From: the human T2T-CHM13v2.0 reference genome, Homo sapiens
DNA: 64,000 bases
Assembly: GCF_009914755.1 (NCBI RefSeq)
Contig: NC_060927.1
Direction: 5' to 3' (one strand)
Under the pieces are notes generated by a model, which saw nothing but the letters and a program-made list of their open reading frames with translations, searched no databases and was not told the DNA's origin. Both the position numbers and the translations under genes were made by a program. This document shows, one piece after another, positions 1-12,888 of the stretch; the stretch's first letter is position 1, and the number at the start of each line of letters is the position of its first letter.

Positions 1-79
1 TGATGAATCTCATTGGCTAAAATCAAGAAACGCTCCGCCTCTTTGCAAATATGTATGAAGGAGAGAAGTGCCTAAACTT
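1..79 (+). promoter_or_regulatory. TP63: Proximal TA (P1) promoter of TP63, non-CpG-island
   Basis: Lies directly upstream of exon 1. Contains a reverse CCAAT box (ATTGG 12-16), a GC-box-like CTCCGCCT (33-40) and an octamer-like TTGCAAAT (43-50). Motif function is inferred. Confidence 0.75.
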
Positions 80-206
80 CTATGTCTGATAGCATTTGAC
101 CCTATTGCTTTTAGCCTCCCGGCTTTATATCTATATATACACAGGTATTTGTGTATATTTTATATAATTGTTCTCCGTTCGTTGATATCAAAGACAGTTG
201 AAGGAA
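80..206 (+). other. TP63: 5' UTR of TP63 exon 1 (TA isoforms)
   Basis: CTATGTCTGATAG...GACAGTTGAAGGAA matches my recollection of the TAp63 mRNA leader; the exact TSS is not visible from sequence. Confidence 0.8.
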
Positions 207-268
207 ATGAATTTTGAAACTTCACGGTGTGCCACCCTACAGTACTGCCCTGACCCTTACATCCAGCG
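207..268 (+). CDS. TP63: TP63 exon 1 coding part (TA*p63 N-terminal extension), partial CDS ending in phase 2
   Basis: ATG at 207 translates to MNFETSRCATLQYCPDPYIQ plus CG, the recognised p63 N-terminus, followed by the canonical donor CG|GTGAGT at 269-274. Too short for the ORF track. Confidence 0.97.
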
Positions 269-1912
269 GTGAGTTTGAATGTGACATAACTTCTCTCAAA
301 ACTTAATTGAAGTGCCTTGTGTATTATGAATGTGTCAGCTGTGTACAAAGAACAATTCCTCCTTGTTTAGTCAGCACAGTGATATTATTTTGGACTTTCT
401 GTGGACTTAAAGTGGTCTGTGGACATATTTTCTGAATGTCTTTTTTGGTTGATATTTGGATCTACAAAGTGAAAAAATTTGAAGCGAATCTTCCCATTTA
501 AAAAAAATTATCACGCCATTTAAGAATGTTTAAAATATATTATTTGCCTTGTTCAGCACCTACTCACTCAATAAGAAATTTCACTGGGCAGGGATATAAT
601 AATGTATGGATAATCTTCAAGTCAAAATAAACACCAAATAATTTTGATTTATACATTAAGAAATAGATAACTAGCCATTGTTGTACCAAACAGATTGTGG
701 CTTGTCATTGCATTTTATAAGGAATATTTTTTGGTATGTTTGATAATGAAAATCTTTTGACAAATCTGACTTTTAAAGCTTGTGATTGTAGTAAATTTTA
801 TTTAGAAACATTTGCCTAGTACTAAGAGAGAATATTAGTGAGGGTGCACAATTGTGTATGTGCTTCAAATTAGACTTTGCTATTTTTAAACTGGTAAATG
901 AAATCTGAACAGTGTTTTTCCAGTCATAAAGTTATGGGAGATATTCAAGTCATATGTAGCAATGTGATGTTAGTTTAACAGCATGAGATTTCGTACTTTA
1001 TTTTATAAGACTAATGAGAGAGGTCCTTTGCGTGTTGAAAATGGTGAGGTTACAAAGGGTTAACTTGCCATTTACCACCTGTGTCTGTTGGAGCTTGATA
1101 CTAGAAGCAGATTCTGCTCTCTCTGGGCAGGACTCACTTACTGTAGACTAGTAGAGTGTGAAAGATTTGTGATCTTCCTTTAACGTGATTTGCTACAACG
1201 TAGAACACTAATGTGAGCTATGTAGATTGTTTCTCTTCCTGTGAGGTTTCTGGTGGGTTGTGCGAAAAGGCAGAAGAGAAAGAGCAAGGCAGAAAGATAA
1301 ATAGAATAAAGGAGATAAAAAGAAAAGGGTGAAAAAAGAGAGAGGGGAAGCAAGTTTGGGGTCTCCAAGGTTTCAGTGGAATTTGTTGGTGGTGGCTTGA
1401 TTCGTGTCTTGCTGTTTACCACAAACAACAATATTAGCACAAATAAATGGCTCTAGGATTTATGTTCTTGTATAATGTGAAAATTAGATCTAGCTGCAGT
1501 TGAGGATTGGGTTGATTAAAAAGAAAAACACCAAAGATTTTCTGGTTCTCAAAATTGTTTCTAATCTCAAAATTATCTATTCCATTAAACATCTTTGGAA
1601 ATAATAGTTCTAAGAAGATAATTGTGATGAAATAGTAACTGTGTAATGCTACTCTTGAGGGCATCTCTCCTAAACTAGGTACTTGGAACCAGGGAAGCTT
1701 TAGAAGAAACTTCCTTCTATTGACTAATAACCCACACTTCAATCCTGCATACATACCTCTCTAGAAGCATTTCTAATGATAAGAGAGGCCTATAAATATA
1801 AAGAAATAGAGAAACTACTTTTTATATTACCTTGACGATCTATTAGTTCATGAAGCAAATGTCATCTCAGTTTTTGACATACTGTAATATTCTAAGCAAT
1901 CATAGTATTTTT

Positions 1913-2270
1913 GGTTTTTTTTTAACCTTTATTTTAAGTTCAGGGGTACAAGTGCAAGTTTGTTATACAGGTAAACTTGTGTCATGGGGGTTTGTTGTAC
2001 AGATTATTTCATCACTCAGGTACTAAGCCTAGTACCCATTAGTTATTTTTCCTGATCCTATCCCTCCTCCCACCTTCCACCCTCTGAAAGGCCCCAGCGT
2101 GTGTTGTTCCCCTCTATGTGTCCATGCGTTGTCATCATTTAACTCCCACTTAACACGTGAGAACATACAGTATTTGGTTTTCTGCTCCTGTGTTAGTTTG
2201 CTAAGGATAATGGCCTCCGGCTCCATCCAAGTCCCTGCAAAGGACATGATCTCATTCTTTTTTATGGCTA
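1913..2270 (-). mobile_element. 5'-truncated old L1PA 3' end
   Basis: T-rich tail followed by antisense L1 3'UTR; TSD CATAGTATTTTT at 1901-1912 and 2271-2282. Confidence 0.9.
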
Positions 2271-4994
2271 CATAGTATTTTTAAGTAGTTTTAAATTTTC
2301 CTAGAATGCCCTGGGCTTTAATCATGGTGCCTGATACTTTTGGGGAAGGCAGGGGAGGGCATGTTGAGAAGCTGTGAGACTATGGTTCAGAATGGCCAGG
2401 GAGCAATTATTTGCCTAATAAATAATTTTAGGCAAGAATATGTACTTCTCATTTGTAATGCAAGCTTAACCAGCAAAAACATTAAGGTGATGAAACATAG
2501 CTCTTACTCAGCATCTGCTCTGCGGAAGACATTGCAAATACAAAAACCAATTAGATGTGACTGTTACATTCATTTATTTAATGTTGCAGTACTTACATAT
2601 TTAATCTAAAATATATTTTCCTCAAGTATTTTAACTGTTTGTCATGTGTTTTAAGGACTGAATTATTACTATTTTCCAACCTTTATTACTTAGTGAATAA
2701 ACAAGTGAATAAATGAAATATCACTGAAGGAATTAGTATGATAATGTATATGGTCAAAGCAAGGATCAAACAATATGTTCTTTGATACCTCATGAGTAAA
2801 TGGGTTTGAGCTGGTTTTTGTAAGCAGACAACCGTTGTAGTTCTCGGTTTACAAAAAGCTATTTTAAGAAAGACCAAATTTAATCATTCCATAATCATAG
2901 TCATCTACATAGTTAAATTTGTCTTTACTGACCTTGTGTTTAGAAAGAAGTCATGAAAGATAATTTTTTAAAGAAAGAACAGGATATCTTGATATTTTTA
3001 ACTCCAAGCTACCTTAATTTATGAATTCCCTTACAGAATAGAAAAAAAAATGACAGATGTTATCTTTTATTACTAAATGTTAATGCCATTCCAAAAAAGT
3101 GTTTAAATACATGTTTCAAAGGATGATGGTAATCATTCTCTAAGTTAAAATTGGGACTTCATCCTCTGTTTTTTTCCTTTCCACTTAAACATATTACCAT
3201 ATTGAGCATTTAGTTGTGCCCTGATGTTAATGCTAATTTACTTTAGTCTTTGCAAAAACTTTTCTGAAAACCAAAAAGGCAGTTAACACCTTAGAGCTTA
3301 TTAAGTTCCCCTTTTGATAATATTAACAATACAAAGAGGAAAAAAGTTGGATAAAATCACATTACCATTTGAATACTAACTTAATTTTTAAAATATTGAA
3401 CTATAGATGAAATTATAAAAGTTCAATAAATAAGTCAGTGGGTTCGTTACCATTAATTTATGAATAGAAACTTGTACACAATAAATTCTGTTTGTTGTTT
3501 ATTTTGTATTAGGTGAATATTGGAAATGAATCTAAAATTTAACACTTCAGAAGATACATCCTTGTTAATTTATTGTTTGGGCTAAAACTTGGGCAATTTT
3601 CCATTCTTTCATTTCTAGAATTTCCATCTAGTTTGCAAAATTTATTTTTTAACAAAGTACTTTTAATAGATTAAATTCTTTCAAAGTATTTTTTTCAAAA
3701 AATAAACCAGTTAAAATGATAAACATGAATCAAAATTAAATTTTGAAATTATGTGATCACTGAGGGCTAAGAATTAGAGAAAAGTAAACATCATTTCAAT
3801 TTGAACCACCAGTAAAATATTTTGTATTGTTTCTTCTTAGTCATCCTGTATTCCAAAGAAGCATCGAACTATTAAAATACTATATGGATAATATGAAGTG
3901 TGTTTTTTGTGTGTGAATTACATATTTGTTATGATTTTTATTCTTTACTGGCGTAAAGGTCAACTTTATTAGCTGTACTTTCTAAATATATCCCAAAAGG
4001 AAGAGTGATGACAATGAAGTTACAGTGGAAGATCATTTCATTTGTAAGTTAAAATCACCTAAAGGCAGATGCAGCTCTGTGTTGGGCGTCCTTCACTTGC
4101 TCCTCCACATCTGCTCTTTTTCTTTCTCATTCTTTGCCTCAAGAAGCTGCCTCCTGATAATTGCTTTAACAGGTCTTTTCTTCTCTGGTTTCCTGTTGAA
4201 TTCAACCAGCAGCAATCTCCTGCAGGAGAGTGAAGTTGGAATATTGGTTTCCCTGGCTGACTCCCTGTTGGTTTTTGGCTAAAGGCTGCAGATCCTCTCA
4301 GAGGCCCTTGCTGCAGGTCCGAGTCCCCTGACTTTGAGTAGTTACTCCCTCCCCTTCCTTTTCTTCAAGCTTAGGAGGAGTAACCATTTCCCGCCATTGC
4401 TAATTCTAGGGATCCACATCATATTCCTTACCCCCTCATTAAACTTTCCTCAATATCTTTTTTCTTGCCAGTATCATGCTCTTTTTCCTGCCAGGATCAT
4501 GACAACTACACACATTAAAAAAGTATGCCATGATGTTGTTTATGCACATAAGAAGACTTCCAAAATAATTGATATAGTAATTAATAATATAATTTTTGAT
4601 ATGAGGTAAATGATGAATCCATCCATTTCAATGAGCACACTGGCTTTTAGCCATCTCCGTAATCACTAAGTTTCTCTGACTGAAAGGAATGAGCCAACAT
4701 GCTACAGTCTGCATATGTTGTTTATACACAGTTGTTTATACACACTTTTAAAGAAATATTAAGTTACAGTTTATCTTCAGCATCTAATATATCCATCAGT
4801 TGTAATCAAAAAAAAATTTTTCAGTCTCTAATGAATAAGCTTCAAAATATATTTATGACCAACCGTGGTTAGCCAAAAGCACAATGCCGCTCTATTACCA
4901 TGCGCTGCGTCTAAGCGGTGAGTGCATTTAAATAGCAGAGAGTCATCTTAGCAGAGTGCACAAAGGATTTGCAAAAGATCTCAATTGTAGTAAG

Positions 4995-5110
4995 TAAACT
5001 CCACCACTAAGTGATTATGTGACCTTCCTGAAATCACTTAAGCTATCTAAATCAAAGTTCCTCATGAGTTAAGTAGGGATAAAAACCTCTCATTTACTGT
5101 TCACAACTAG
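4995..5110 (+). mobile_element. MIR fragment
   Basis: Degenerate MIR core (ccact...tgtgacctt...cacttaa...ttcctcat). Confidence 0.55.
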
Positions 5111-5161
5111 AACTTTGAGAAATAAACTCAACTCAACTCTGAAATACACCCCTTTAGTGTA

Positions 5162-6006
5162 CGGTAAGTTCTCACTTAACATTACTGATAGGTTCTTGGA
5201 GATTGTGATTTTAAGCAAAACCGTATGTAACTAACGAAACCAATTTTACCATAGGCTAATTGATATAAACAACAGTTAAGTTTCTATGGCATATTTCGGG
5301 TCACAAAACCGCCACCAATCTTCTAAATATAGACCCACAAGATTTCTAATATTAAACATTGAGATAAATGTGAGCTACACATGTATTTAAGAAAGATTAA
5401 TACAAGGAAGTAAGATAATTATTTGCCCAATTTTTGGTGAATCAGTGAGTGATGGTCATAGTGGTAGTACGTTAAATCAAGGAATAAATCTTTGCAAAGC
5501 AAAAATTGTAAGGAGCACCTCTTACCACCACACAGTTCAAAATCAAATGAAAATATAGCAGGCTTACTGAGCACTTTTTGACTGCATCGTTTATCATCAT
5601 GTATTTTATGATTATCATAGACTTTGTGAATTTTTATTTTACAATAATGTATATTCATTCCTTTAATTATTTTCCAACCTGCTTATTCCAGTTCAGGGTC
5701 TCAGGGCCAGAGCCTATCTCAGCAGCTCAGGGTGGAAGGTAGAAACCAACCCTGGACTGGATGCTATTGCACTGCAGGACACACACACACACACTCACAA
5801 TGGGGCAATTTAGACACACCAATGAACCTAATGTGCATATCTTTGAAATGTGGGAGGAAATAGGAATACCTGGAACATCCATGTAGACCTGGAGAGAACA
5901 CAAAAACTCCACATAGACAGTGACCTCAGCTGGGAACTGAATTTTTTTTTTCTCATCAGCGTTATATGGAAAAGACGTTAAACAAAACATTTTTCATGAC
6001 CTGCTG
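5162..6006 (+). mobile_element. Tigger3-family TcMar DNA transposon (non-autonomous)
   Basis: Starts CGGTAAGTTCTCACTTAAC, ends GACCTGCTG, flanked by TA at 5160-5161 and 6007-6008; typical internal ttccagttcagggtc...gagcctatc segment. Confidence 0.85.
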
Positions 6007-6184
6007 TATTGTTCAGTTCTACTATTATATTACGTGTATAGTGTGCCAGTGGACTGGAGCTGCCTTCCAACAATTGTGTCTTCATGTAAGCATACCTCAA
6101 GTTCCACTTTATATCAACTTTCGGAAGAAAGATCATTATGGGTCTTGACATCATCTTGGCTTGTCCACCTCAGTTCTTATACTT

Positions 6185-6310
6185 TAGAATTAAGGAATCT
6201 GAATCCCAGAGTGGTTAAGTGTATTGTCAAAGATCACACAGCAAAATAGTAACAGAACCAGGATGAGAATTCAAGTCCCTTGACTACCAGTTCAAAGCTC
6301 TCTTTAACAC
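6185..6310 (-). mobile_element. MIR fragment
   Basis: gaatcccagagtggttaagt...aagatcacacagc is an antisense MIR core. Confidence 0.65.
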
Positions 6311-6406
6311 AAAACATAGCATTTTATTAGATGTGTATAAAATTTTACAGTTGACAAAATGTTTCCCAATGCATTGCACATGTGACCTACCTGGGAGGTA
6401 GGCAGA

Positions 6407-6881
6407 TATGGTAGGCAGAATAATAGTCTCGAAAGATAGCCACATCCTAATCCTCAGAACCTGTGAATATGTTATGTTACACAGCAAAGCAGAATTAAGG
6501 TTGTAGATGGAATTAAGGCTGCTAATCAACTGACTTTAAAGTAGGTGGAATAACTCGTATTATCCCTATGGGCACCATGTAATCACAAGAAAGCGGAAGG
6601 TAGAAGAGTGAAAGTGACATGTTGTAAAAAAAGACTTGACAGGCTATTGCTGGTTTTGAAAGTGGAAGTGGGTCAGGAGCCAAGGAAGCTGGAAAGGGCA
6701 AGGAAACCGATTTTCTCCTACAGTCTCCAAAAGCAATGAGGTCCTGCCAACACCTTGATCTCAGCTCTGGGAGACCCACATCAGTTTTCTGATCTGCAGA
6801 ACGGCAAGATACTAACTTTGTGCTAGTTTAAGCCACTAAATTTGTGGTAACTTGTCATGGCAGCAATAGGAAACTAATCCA
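6407..6881 (+). mobile_element. MLT1D-like MaLR solo LTR
   Basis: Starts TATGGTAGGCAGAATAAT; ends TTTAAGCCACTAAATTTGTGGTAAC...GGAAACTAATCCA. Confidence 0.85.
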
Positions 6882-7429
6882 CCAAGGTAAGAATTGTTAT
6901 CCCCAAATTGTAGATATGGACACTAGAAAACTGCGTTTTGTTTTGATGCGTTTAACTAAACCTTCCCATGAATTTATTATTTTTTTATGGTGCCAAGTGG
7001 GGAAGGTAGAATATATGAGTGAAATACAATCCTAGACCTCAGGGAATCCAAGGTAAAAGTACTTGTATAGAAATAATACAAGGTACAAGGTGGGGCTGAA
7101 AAACACTGGACAAGCTAGCCCAGGGACTGCAGATGCAAGCATCTGCTCTTGAGGCAGTAAACTGAAACAGTGATTCTTATTACTAGTTTCTGTTAAAGTT
7201 CCTCAAACTCTTTTACACAGAGATATATCTGACTCTTAGATGGCAGCTCTAAAATTTTGAAGGCCAAATTTAGATCCAGGAAACACAGGAATGCACATAC
7301 TCACTTCTGATGTTGTCAGATATTGAGAGGGCTTGGGTGGAGCCTTGGAAATGCACTGTAAACTGTAAGACAATTTTGATTCGGGTGGTTATCAGACCAC
7401 ACTTGGAGAAATAATTCTAGACTTTTTGG

Positions 7430-7585
7430 TGTTGGAAGGTTCTCAGTTAATTTGGGTTTGAGATTACATCGATGCCTCTCTCTGAGAAATTGGGAGCCGA
7501 GGGAATGAATGCAAGTTCAGCATTTTTATCAGACACTCCAGATGATTCGTTGGTTTGCACACCCAATTTTGAAAACCACTACCTA
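7430..7585 (+). mobile_element. MER5-like hAT-Charlie fragment
   Basis: gcatttttatcagacactccagatgattc...tttgaaaaccact resembles the MER5 3' end. Confidence 0.55.
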
Positions 7586-10544
7586 CAGTGAGGCAAGCTT
7601 AGACCCAATGCCCCAATACATGCTCATAAAAAGGTAACTAGAGATAATGAAAAACAGAGATGCATGCTCCCAAAGAAAGACTTCACATTCTCACTTTATT
7701 TCAAAGCCAAATGGATTGTAAGATTAAAGTGACAATTTTCAATCTCTGTTTGAGGACAAGAGAGCCAAGTTTCTGATTAGCTATTTTGAAGCTCAAATTT
7801 GTCTGGACAGGGTTTCTATCTCCTTTAAAGAATTCACCATGGAAAAGTCCTCAAGCAACAAGTGATGGGTAGATAAAATACTGTAATTACGATCAAAGTG
7901 CAAAGACTCTGTCTATGTAATTACACACTTCCCAACCTCTGCAAGCCACTTTGTTCCATTAAAATAGAATGAGAAATGGACATGGGTGATGTGTACTTAT
8001 TGGTTAGTCAAGGTTTTGGAAATGACAGTTATTAACATGTGTGTTTTACCATAAACCATAATATTTGGGGGATAACTTAGATTGTGGGAATTAATTCTTT
8101 CTCCATCCTTATTTTTATTGTTCGCCTTCCATTCTCTACTTAATCTGACTATCTTATGGTGAATTAGATTATTTGAAGTTCAGAATGAATTCATTAAGCT
8201 TAGAAGAATAAATGTAAGGGCTCAAAATCTCTTGCCACTTTCAAATTTCCAGTTCTTTTTTCTTTCGTTTCAAATGAGTAAACCTAATCTGTTAGGTTGA
8301 ACAGCAAACACCCATTCTCAAATTCCATTAACTCAGGCAGATTTTTCATAATTGAGGGCAAAACCAGCATCATCATAATGTTAAGACTGAGAAAGCATTT
8401 TGAGTCAAGAAATACAAAACCGAAGCTAGCGTGATTATTTAGTCAGCCATATGGCCGGCTAGAAAAGGTGTTTAATCTTTTTAAACAGATGTTGATTTAT
8501 CACGGGAATAAATAATGGAACATATACAGGTTTATAATAGTGGACTATGGGAACTCTTTCTTTTAAAGTCAAGTATATTATGCCTTAAGACTGTTGATTG
8601 CATTTAATTTAACCCTCCATCAAATGCTGACATTTTATCAATGTGTTCAATTTTTACAGCTTCCTTAAAAACATCAAACTTTAAATATTTTATTTGAAAT
8701 TCATCATTAGCTTTTCTTTCTTCTTTATTATTTTCTGGCTCAAAGAAACTTCTGTCTTTGCACTTGAATTTAGTAGTGTCATTTACTTCTTAACTACATA
8801 AATAATGAATATATTGTTCATTAAAGCTTTCAATGAGGAAATATGCTTTCTTACAACTTTTCCATGACACTGCAACTGCCTCTATAAAAAAAATTTTCAT
8901 AAGATGTATTTTTCTATTTTACTTTTTTCCTTTTAACCCTTTTGTTATCTCAGGCAATAAATGAGACAAAATTTTTCAAACTAAATGATGAACAATCAAA
9001 ACTGACGGGTTTTCTTTCAGCATCTTAATTGATACTGTCTAATATGATAAATCTTTGTACCTTCATAAGCTCATTTTTTAGTACCCTATAGAGGCTGATG
9101 TGGCTGTAATTGAGAATTCTGCAACAAAATGTGAAATATTAATGCACGATTTATCTTCAAGTTAGTACTGCTGCAAATGTGGTCCATTGTAAATGTTGCA
9201 GTCACACTGACACACTTTTTACAGTCAGATGTTCAATCATTTTTTTCTTGCTGAACAAAAGGCTTCAGTGATGCTCTATAAATGCACTACCGAACCTCTT
9301 GTATGATATGCAAGGTGCCAGCCTATGTTCCTACATAAAATGTACATACAATTTTACCTCTGTGTCTTAAATGCTTTAAAGCAGTGAAGTGGAAAGCTTG
9401 TTTTTCCCTTCAGCTTTTGACCTCCCTTCTTTTCTTTTGCTCTTTCTCTCTTTCATAGAAGCTCTGCATTCTTTGCTGCTTGTTAGTACAGAATATGCCT
9501 GAAAAAGCTAAAAATATTATAGAACACTTTTTTAAAACAAGTCCAAGCTTTGCTTTGCAAAAGTAAAATTGGGCTATTGTGTAAACTAAACTAAGACATT
9601 GAAACAGAAACATATCAAAAATATAAACACATAAATAAAACTGGCAAAACATATGCCTTTTGGATTTTATACGATAATTGTTTTTAATACCTAGCCTCTC
9701 TGAATTAAGTACATTTAAGAAGATTTGTAAATAGCTGATCTTTAAATAAATTCATAAATTCTATTTGGTTGGGGGGACAAGGAACAATAGGAGAAGGGAA
9801 ATAGTTCACTTTCATTGTAAACTTAGTAGTTGAGTTTGTAGTTTGAAAGCTACAAAACTACTTAATATTGTTCTGCACATATTTATTAAATACTTGATAC
9901 TGGATATATGATAAGAAATTTACAACTTCAACATTTTTATGTATTTGTTTTTACTGTAGCAAATTTGGTTCTGAAATAATCTTAATTAAGTGTGAGGTAA
10001 AGGAAGATCTTCGAAGCTCAGGTAGAAATATAAATGTCAGAGCATTTTAGATATTCTCAGGTAAAACATACTCAGATAAAAGTAATTGTGACTTGCTACT
10101 ACTTATATTTCAATAAGTATTTATTACACAAATGAAGTGTTTCTAATAATCATGATGCCAACAAAGAAAAATTTAGTAAAACAATTGTTTTCCATGCCAT
10201 CTTCTAGGTTCATAATTTTTTTACAAACAAGTTATAATCATAAATAGTTTCAATGTCTTATTCATTAATAAATAATCTAATGAGCACTTTCCAGTTATTA
10301 TGTAAGTGACTGCATCAGTATCTCATCATATCTATGTAATTTACTACATTTATTATTTCCCTTATTTTTGAACATTTGGTTTGGTTATAATTTTTGTTAT
10401 TAATTAAGAATGTTATACAACCACCTTTCTTTTGAATTATTTCCTTGGGATAGTTCAATGGTCCAAATATTTAAGGAAAGCAAACTTATACATGTTCAAT
10501 CTAAACAAGGTATGTAATTTACCTGAATTATCTCATATAACACA

Positions 10545-10715
10545 GTTCTTAAGTAATATTCCCAGTTTGCAGATGAGAAAAATGATGCTTGGAGATAGCT
10601 AACTTAACCAAGGGTGACCTAACTAGTAAGTGGAAAAACCTGTTTGTACTATCATTCTCACCTGAGTCAGGGCTATCTGACCCAAAGATTTTACTGCTTC
10701 CCCCACAACATCCTG
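10545..10715 (-). mobile_element. MIR
   Basis: cccagtttgcagatgagaaaaatga...ccaagggtgac is an antisense core. Confidence 0.65.
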
Positions 10716-11019
10716 CCACCTAAGAAGCAAGAGGGCCGGGTAGTAAATGAGTGTATACTTTTTCAAGTTTCTGGAAAACATTACTATTTAAACAGTATGC
10801 CAATGTATTTTGCTAAACAGTTGCAGCTTTGAATAGTATTATTTTTAAATTTCATTAAGTTAATAGATGTAAGATGATATGTGGTTTTGATTAGCACTTT
10901 TTATTAACTAGGACTTCCGTATTAACTACGGAAACCACAATTACTAATTTTAAAAGACCTCAACGTTTGATTTTGTATTTTTACAAAATGAAAATGAGAT
11001 ATGAACAGCGAAATATGTA

Positions 11020-11490
11020 GTATTTATTGAATTTTAACTATGTTCCAGGAACTGTTCCAAGCACTTTACACATTTAACTCTCAAACCACCTTTAAAGGTA
11101 GTTACTAGTATTATTTCTTTCTAACCAACAGACAACAGTATAACGTTTAAGAGACTGGATTCGGGGGCCAATGCGCATAGGTTCAAAAATCTCACTCTGG
11201 CAAATGTTATACCTCCTAACTTAATCTATATGTCTATTTTTTTTTTCATGTATAAAGAAGAGTGATAATAGTAGTACCTACCTGATTGGATTGCCTTAAA
11301 AATTAAGTGAGTTAATTGTACAAATGACTTAAGACAGAGTCTGGCACACAGTAAGTACTACAGGATGATAGGTCTTATTATTTATATTTTATATGAAGAA
11401 ATCGAAGCAGAGAGAGGCTGTGTAACCTGTCCTGGGTAAAAGAGCTGGTAGTTATGGGTAGGATTCTGATTTCTATCACATGTTCTTTAA
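11020..11490. mobile_element. Two MIRs: a + strand MIR (~11133-11375) inside a - strand MIR
   Basis: Antisense MIR tail (tatgttccagga...agcactttac), then a near-complete sense MIR, then the antisense core resumes. Confidence 0.6.
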
Positions 11491-11611
11491 TAGTAAGTGC
11501 CTTAACTTTCAGTAAATTCTATATAGAAATGATTTTAAAGCATAAATAAAACATGACAGAAAACTGCAAAAACTAATAATTTAACATTCTAGAAAAATGG
11601 TCTGAGTCTAA

Positions 11612-12021
<410 letters not shown>

Positions 12022-12888
12022 TAAATGTTTCCATTAGAACCCTTACAGACAGGGGCTTAACTTTGAAAACTTAGAGTTGCCCAGTTTGGAAACTTGGAGT
12101 CACTTACTTCAAAAGCTATCCTTTAAACTGATTAAAAAAAAAAAAAAACCCTCAATGCTTTTGCTCCCCTATTTCTGTTGATAACTCAGAAATCTCTCAT
12201 TTACCAATTTCTGTTACTGAAATTTGGTGATGTGGATCAAGCCCTCCTCCATGAACTCTTGACACAATCAGATTAATTAATTTCCACTCTACCAATGTGA
12301 CTGTTTTTTCCCTAATGTGGTACTTCAGCTCACCATCATTTCTTTCCATCTCTGTTCTTTTTATCTTTTATGCTTTTGCTAGCTTGTCTTAACTGAAGGC
12401 TTTTCTTTCTCTGAAAACATCTACATCGCCCATGGTTCTTTAGTAGAAGCAATGCCTTCTGCACAAACTCCTTTTCATTGCGGTGGACAGGAGAAGAAAC
12501 TATCATATTTTTTAGACAACACTGCTGTTTTGGGATCATAGTTGACCCATGGTTACTCAATAATTTCACGTTTTCTGAAATCTCAACCATCAAAGTGATT
12601 TACTGACCTTTATGACAATACACTGATCTTCAGAAAGCTCTCCTCTGTTACATGGCTCCATTTTCCTCTTTACTGTGGCATCTCATCTGCCAGTTCTTTG
12701 GGAACTCTATTCCCTTTTGATTGCCTTCCCACAATGTTGTCTTACAGTCCCTCTGCCTTTTCAGCTCAAGAAGCTCCCATTTCCACTTCAGGTACCAATC
12801 CACACAAATGCCCTGGGTTGTTCATCATTACCTGAAATTATCAGGCCCAAATCACACAATCTTACACTTTCCTTTCTGGCCACTATCT

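Noticed and set aside
160-348. 62-aa antisense ORF over exon 1
   Set aside because: Shadow of the real + strand exon; no independent support.
4717-4744. 14-bp tandem duplication GTTGTTTATACACA x2
   Set aside because: Ordinary slippage event with no further structure.
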